A stretch of DNA of 24,886 bases. It comes from an uncultured Candidatus Saccharibacteria bacterium. Lineage in GTDB: Bacteria > Patescibacteriota > Minisyncoccia > Minisyncoccales > CG1-02-41-26. A program made the position numbers and the translations under genes. Positions 23,802 through 24,886 of the stretch are shown here, in pieces. Positions within the stretch are counted from its first letter, which is position 1. Each line of letters starts with the position of its first letter. The notes beneath the pieces were generated by a model. That model made no database searches, had not been told where the DNA came from, and saw nothing but the letters and a program-made list of their open reading frames with translations. Location of the stretch: positions 1-24,886 of the forward strand of contig CAYPCL010000002.1 in NCBI GenBank assembly GCA_964409215.1, in the 5' to 3' direction.

Positions 23802-24848
23802 TTATGACCTTTGAAGATAAACTGTCTGGGTGGGATAAGCAAAAACAATATCCTCTTTTTCAAATTTTTCTTTCAAAGCCAAGTTTATTCTTTCCTGGAT
23901 ATCCATATAGACATTGTAGTCGGAACTGTTAAGATAGTAAACAACTTCAAACTCCAAACTGAAATCGCCAAATTTCTTAAAGTGAACTCTGTCCAAATCA
24001 GCAAAATTAATTTCTTTTATAACATCGGAGACTATTTCCGAAACTTTTTTAATTTTTTCATTGGGAGTTTCATAAGCAATTCCAAAAGAAAATACTATTC
24101 TTCTTTTCTTCATCTTCTTATAGTTGTTAATCCTGCTAGAAGTTAATTCCTTGTTGGAAATAACCAGCTCTTCTCCTTGGAGAGTTTGGAGCCGAGTTGA
24201 TTTTATCCCTATTTTTTTAACCACTCCCATATCCTTGCCAATGATAATGAAATCCCCAATTTCAAAAGGACGATCAAAATAAATGGAAAAACTGGCGAAA
24301 ATATCACCTAAAATATTCTGGATGGCAAAAGCTATGGCAATTCCGCCAATTCCCAAACCGGCAACTAAAGTGGAAATGTTGTAACCTAAATTCTGAAGAA
24401 TTAAAATGACAGCAACCAGCCAGACAATAACTTTAATTATCTTAGTTGCTATTTTAACAAGATGAGGATCAAACTCCCCTCCTTTTCTTTTTTCAATTAC
24501 TTTTTGGGAACCGTAATCAATAAAAGAAGTAACCACTTTTATCAAATAGTAAGCCAAAACAGCCAAGAAAAGATAATAAATGATTTTATCGGCCAAGTTG
24601 GAAAGAACAATAAATCTGGAAGCTAAATAAAGAGGAAATATTAAATAGAAAAGAAAACCGACGCTTTCAATAACCGCTACTAAGGAACTATCAAAATCAT
24701 TCTTGGTCTTTTGAGTTAACTTTTTCAGCTTATTTATACCTACTGTTCGGAAAAATCTCAAAATCAAGAAAACAATAATAAAAACGCCTAAAGCAATTAG
24801 ATATTCCTTGATTGAATTTCCGGCCAAATTAAAAGTTAGAAAATCCAT
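23802..24848 (-). CDS. mscS: Small-conductance mechanosensitive channel family protein
   Basis: AGLGIGGIAIAFAIQNILGDIFAS, DRPFEIGD, IGIKST, NYKKMKKRR, FGDFSL, IVFAYPT. Confidence 0.95.
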   Translation of the reverse strand: MDFLTFNLAGNSIKEYLIALGVFIIVFLILRFFRTVGINKLKKLTQKTKNDFDSSLVAVIESVGFLFYLIFPLYLASRFIVLSNLADKIIYYLFLAVLAYYLIKVVTSFIDYGSQKVIEKRKGGEFDPHLVKIATKIIKVIVWLVAVILILQNLGYNISTLVAGLGIGGIAIAFAIQNILGDIFASFSIYFDRPFEIGDFIIIGKDMGVVKKIGIKSTRLQTLQGEELVISNKELTSSRINNYKKMKKRRIVFSFGIAYETPNEKIKKVSEIVSDVIKEINFADLDRVHFKKFGDFSLEFEVVYYLNSSDYNVYMDIQERINLALKEKFEKEDIVFAYPTQTVYLQRS

Positions 24849-24854
24849 ATTTTT

Positions 24855-24863
24855 ATTATAGCA
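24855..24863 (-). promoter_or_regulatory. Extended -10 promoter for the mscS cluster (leaderless geometry)
   Basis: TGCTATAAT, 6 nt before ATG 24848. Confidence 0.65.
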
Positions 24864-24886
24864 GAAAAAAATTCATTTAAAAGATT

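Noticed and set aside
12608-23863. N-terminal extensions in the ORF track for rplC, tuf, rpsL, the ubiquitin-like gene, capA-like and ferritin-like genes
   Set aside because: Longest-ORF artefacts: family homology, promoter positions or an SD support the downstream ATGs, and some extensions run over promoters or upstream genes
1-24886. CRISPR array, rRNA, intron, intein, transposase or integrase
   Set aside because: No regularly spaced repeats or such motifs were seen, and conserved genes have near-normal lengths. Only short spacers are left unexplained.

Overview
AT-rich, lysine-rich bacterial core-genome window, almost entirely on the minus strand. It holds the str-S10-spc ribosomal protein supercluster (rpsL, rpsG, fusA, a small inserted gene, tuf, rpsJ through rplO, secY, adk, map). 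rpmD (uL30) is absent from its usual slot and the cluster breaks after map. L30 loss, near-absence of Shine-Dalgarno sites, tight gene overlaps and TGA used as a stop point to a Patescibacteria (CPR), probably Parcubacteria-like, genome using code 11; this is inference. Left flank: a galT-like gene, a COG2426-type membrane protein and a truncated tpiA. Right flank: a site-2 protease, rpmB overlapping tRNA-Pro(GGG), tRNA-Gly(TCC), a ubiquitin-like protein lacking the C-terminal GG, thiI, and a packed run of mscS, an EncFtn-like ferritin, a 28-aa membrane ORF, capA-like, a ComEC-type MBL hydrolase and an enlarged Adk-like kinase. Strongest signals not explained by the ORF track: (1) a two-hairpin RNA between map and galT whose first loop can either kiss the terminator loop or invade the terminator stem; (2) a compact ~140-nt 6S-like RNA with its own consensus promoter; (3) a 78-aa Phd/YefM-like protein between fusA and tuf that ends in an SSB-tail-like IEDLPF; (4) a tRNA whose first 10 nt are the last codons and stop of rpmB. 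No CRISPR array, rRNA or mobile element was seen. All calls are by eye, with no database searches or folding programs.
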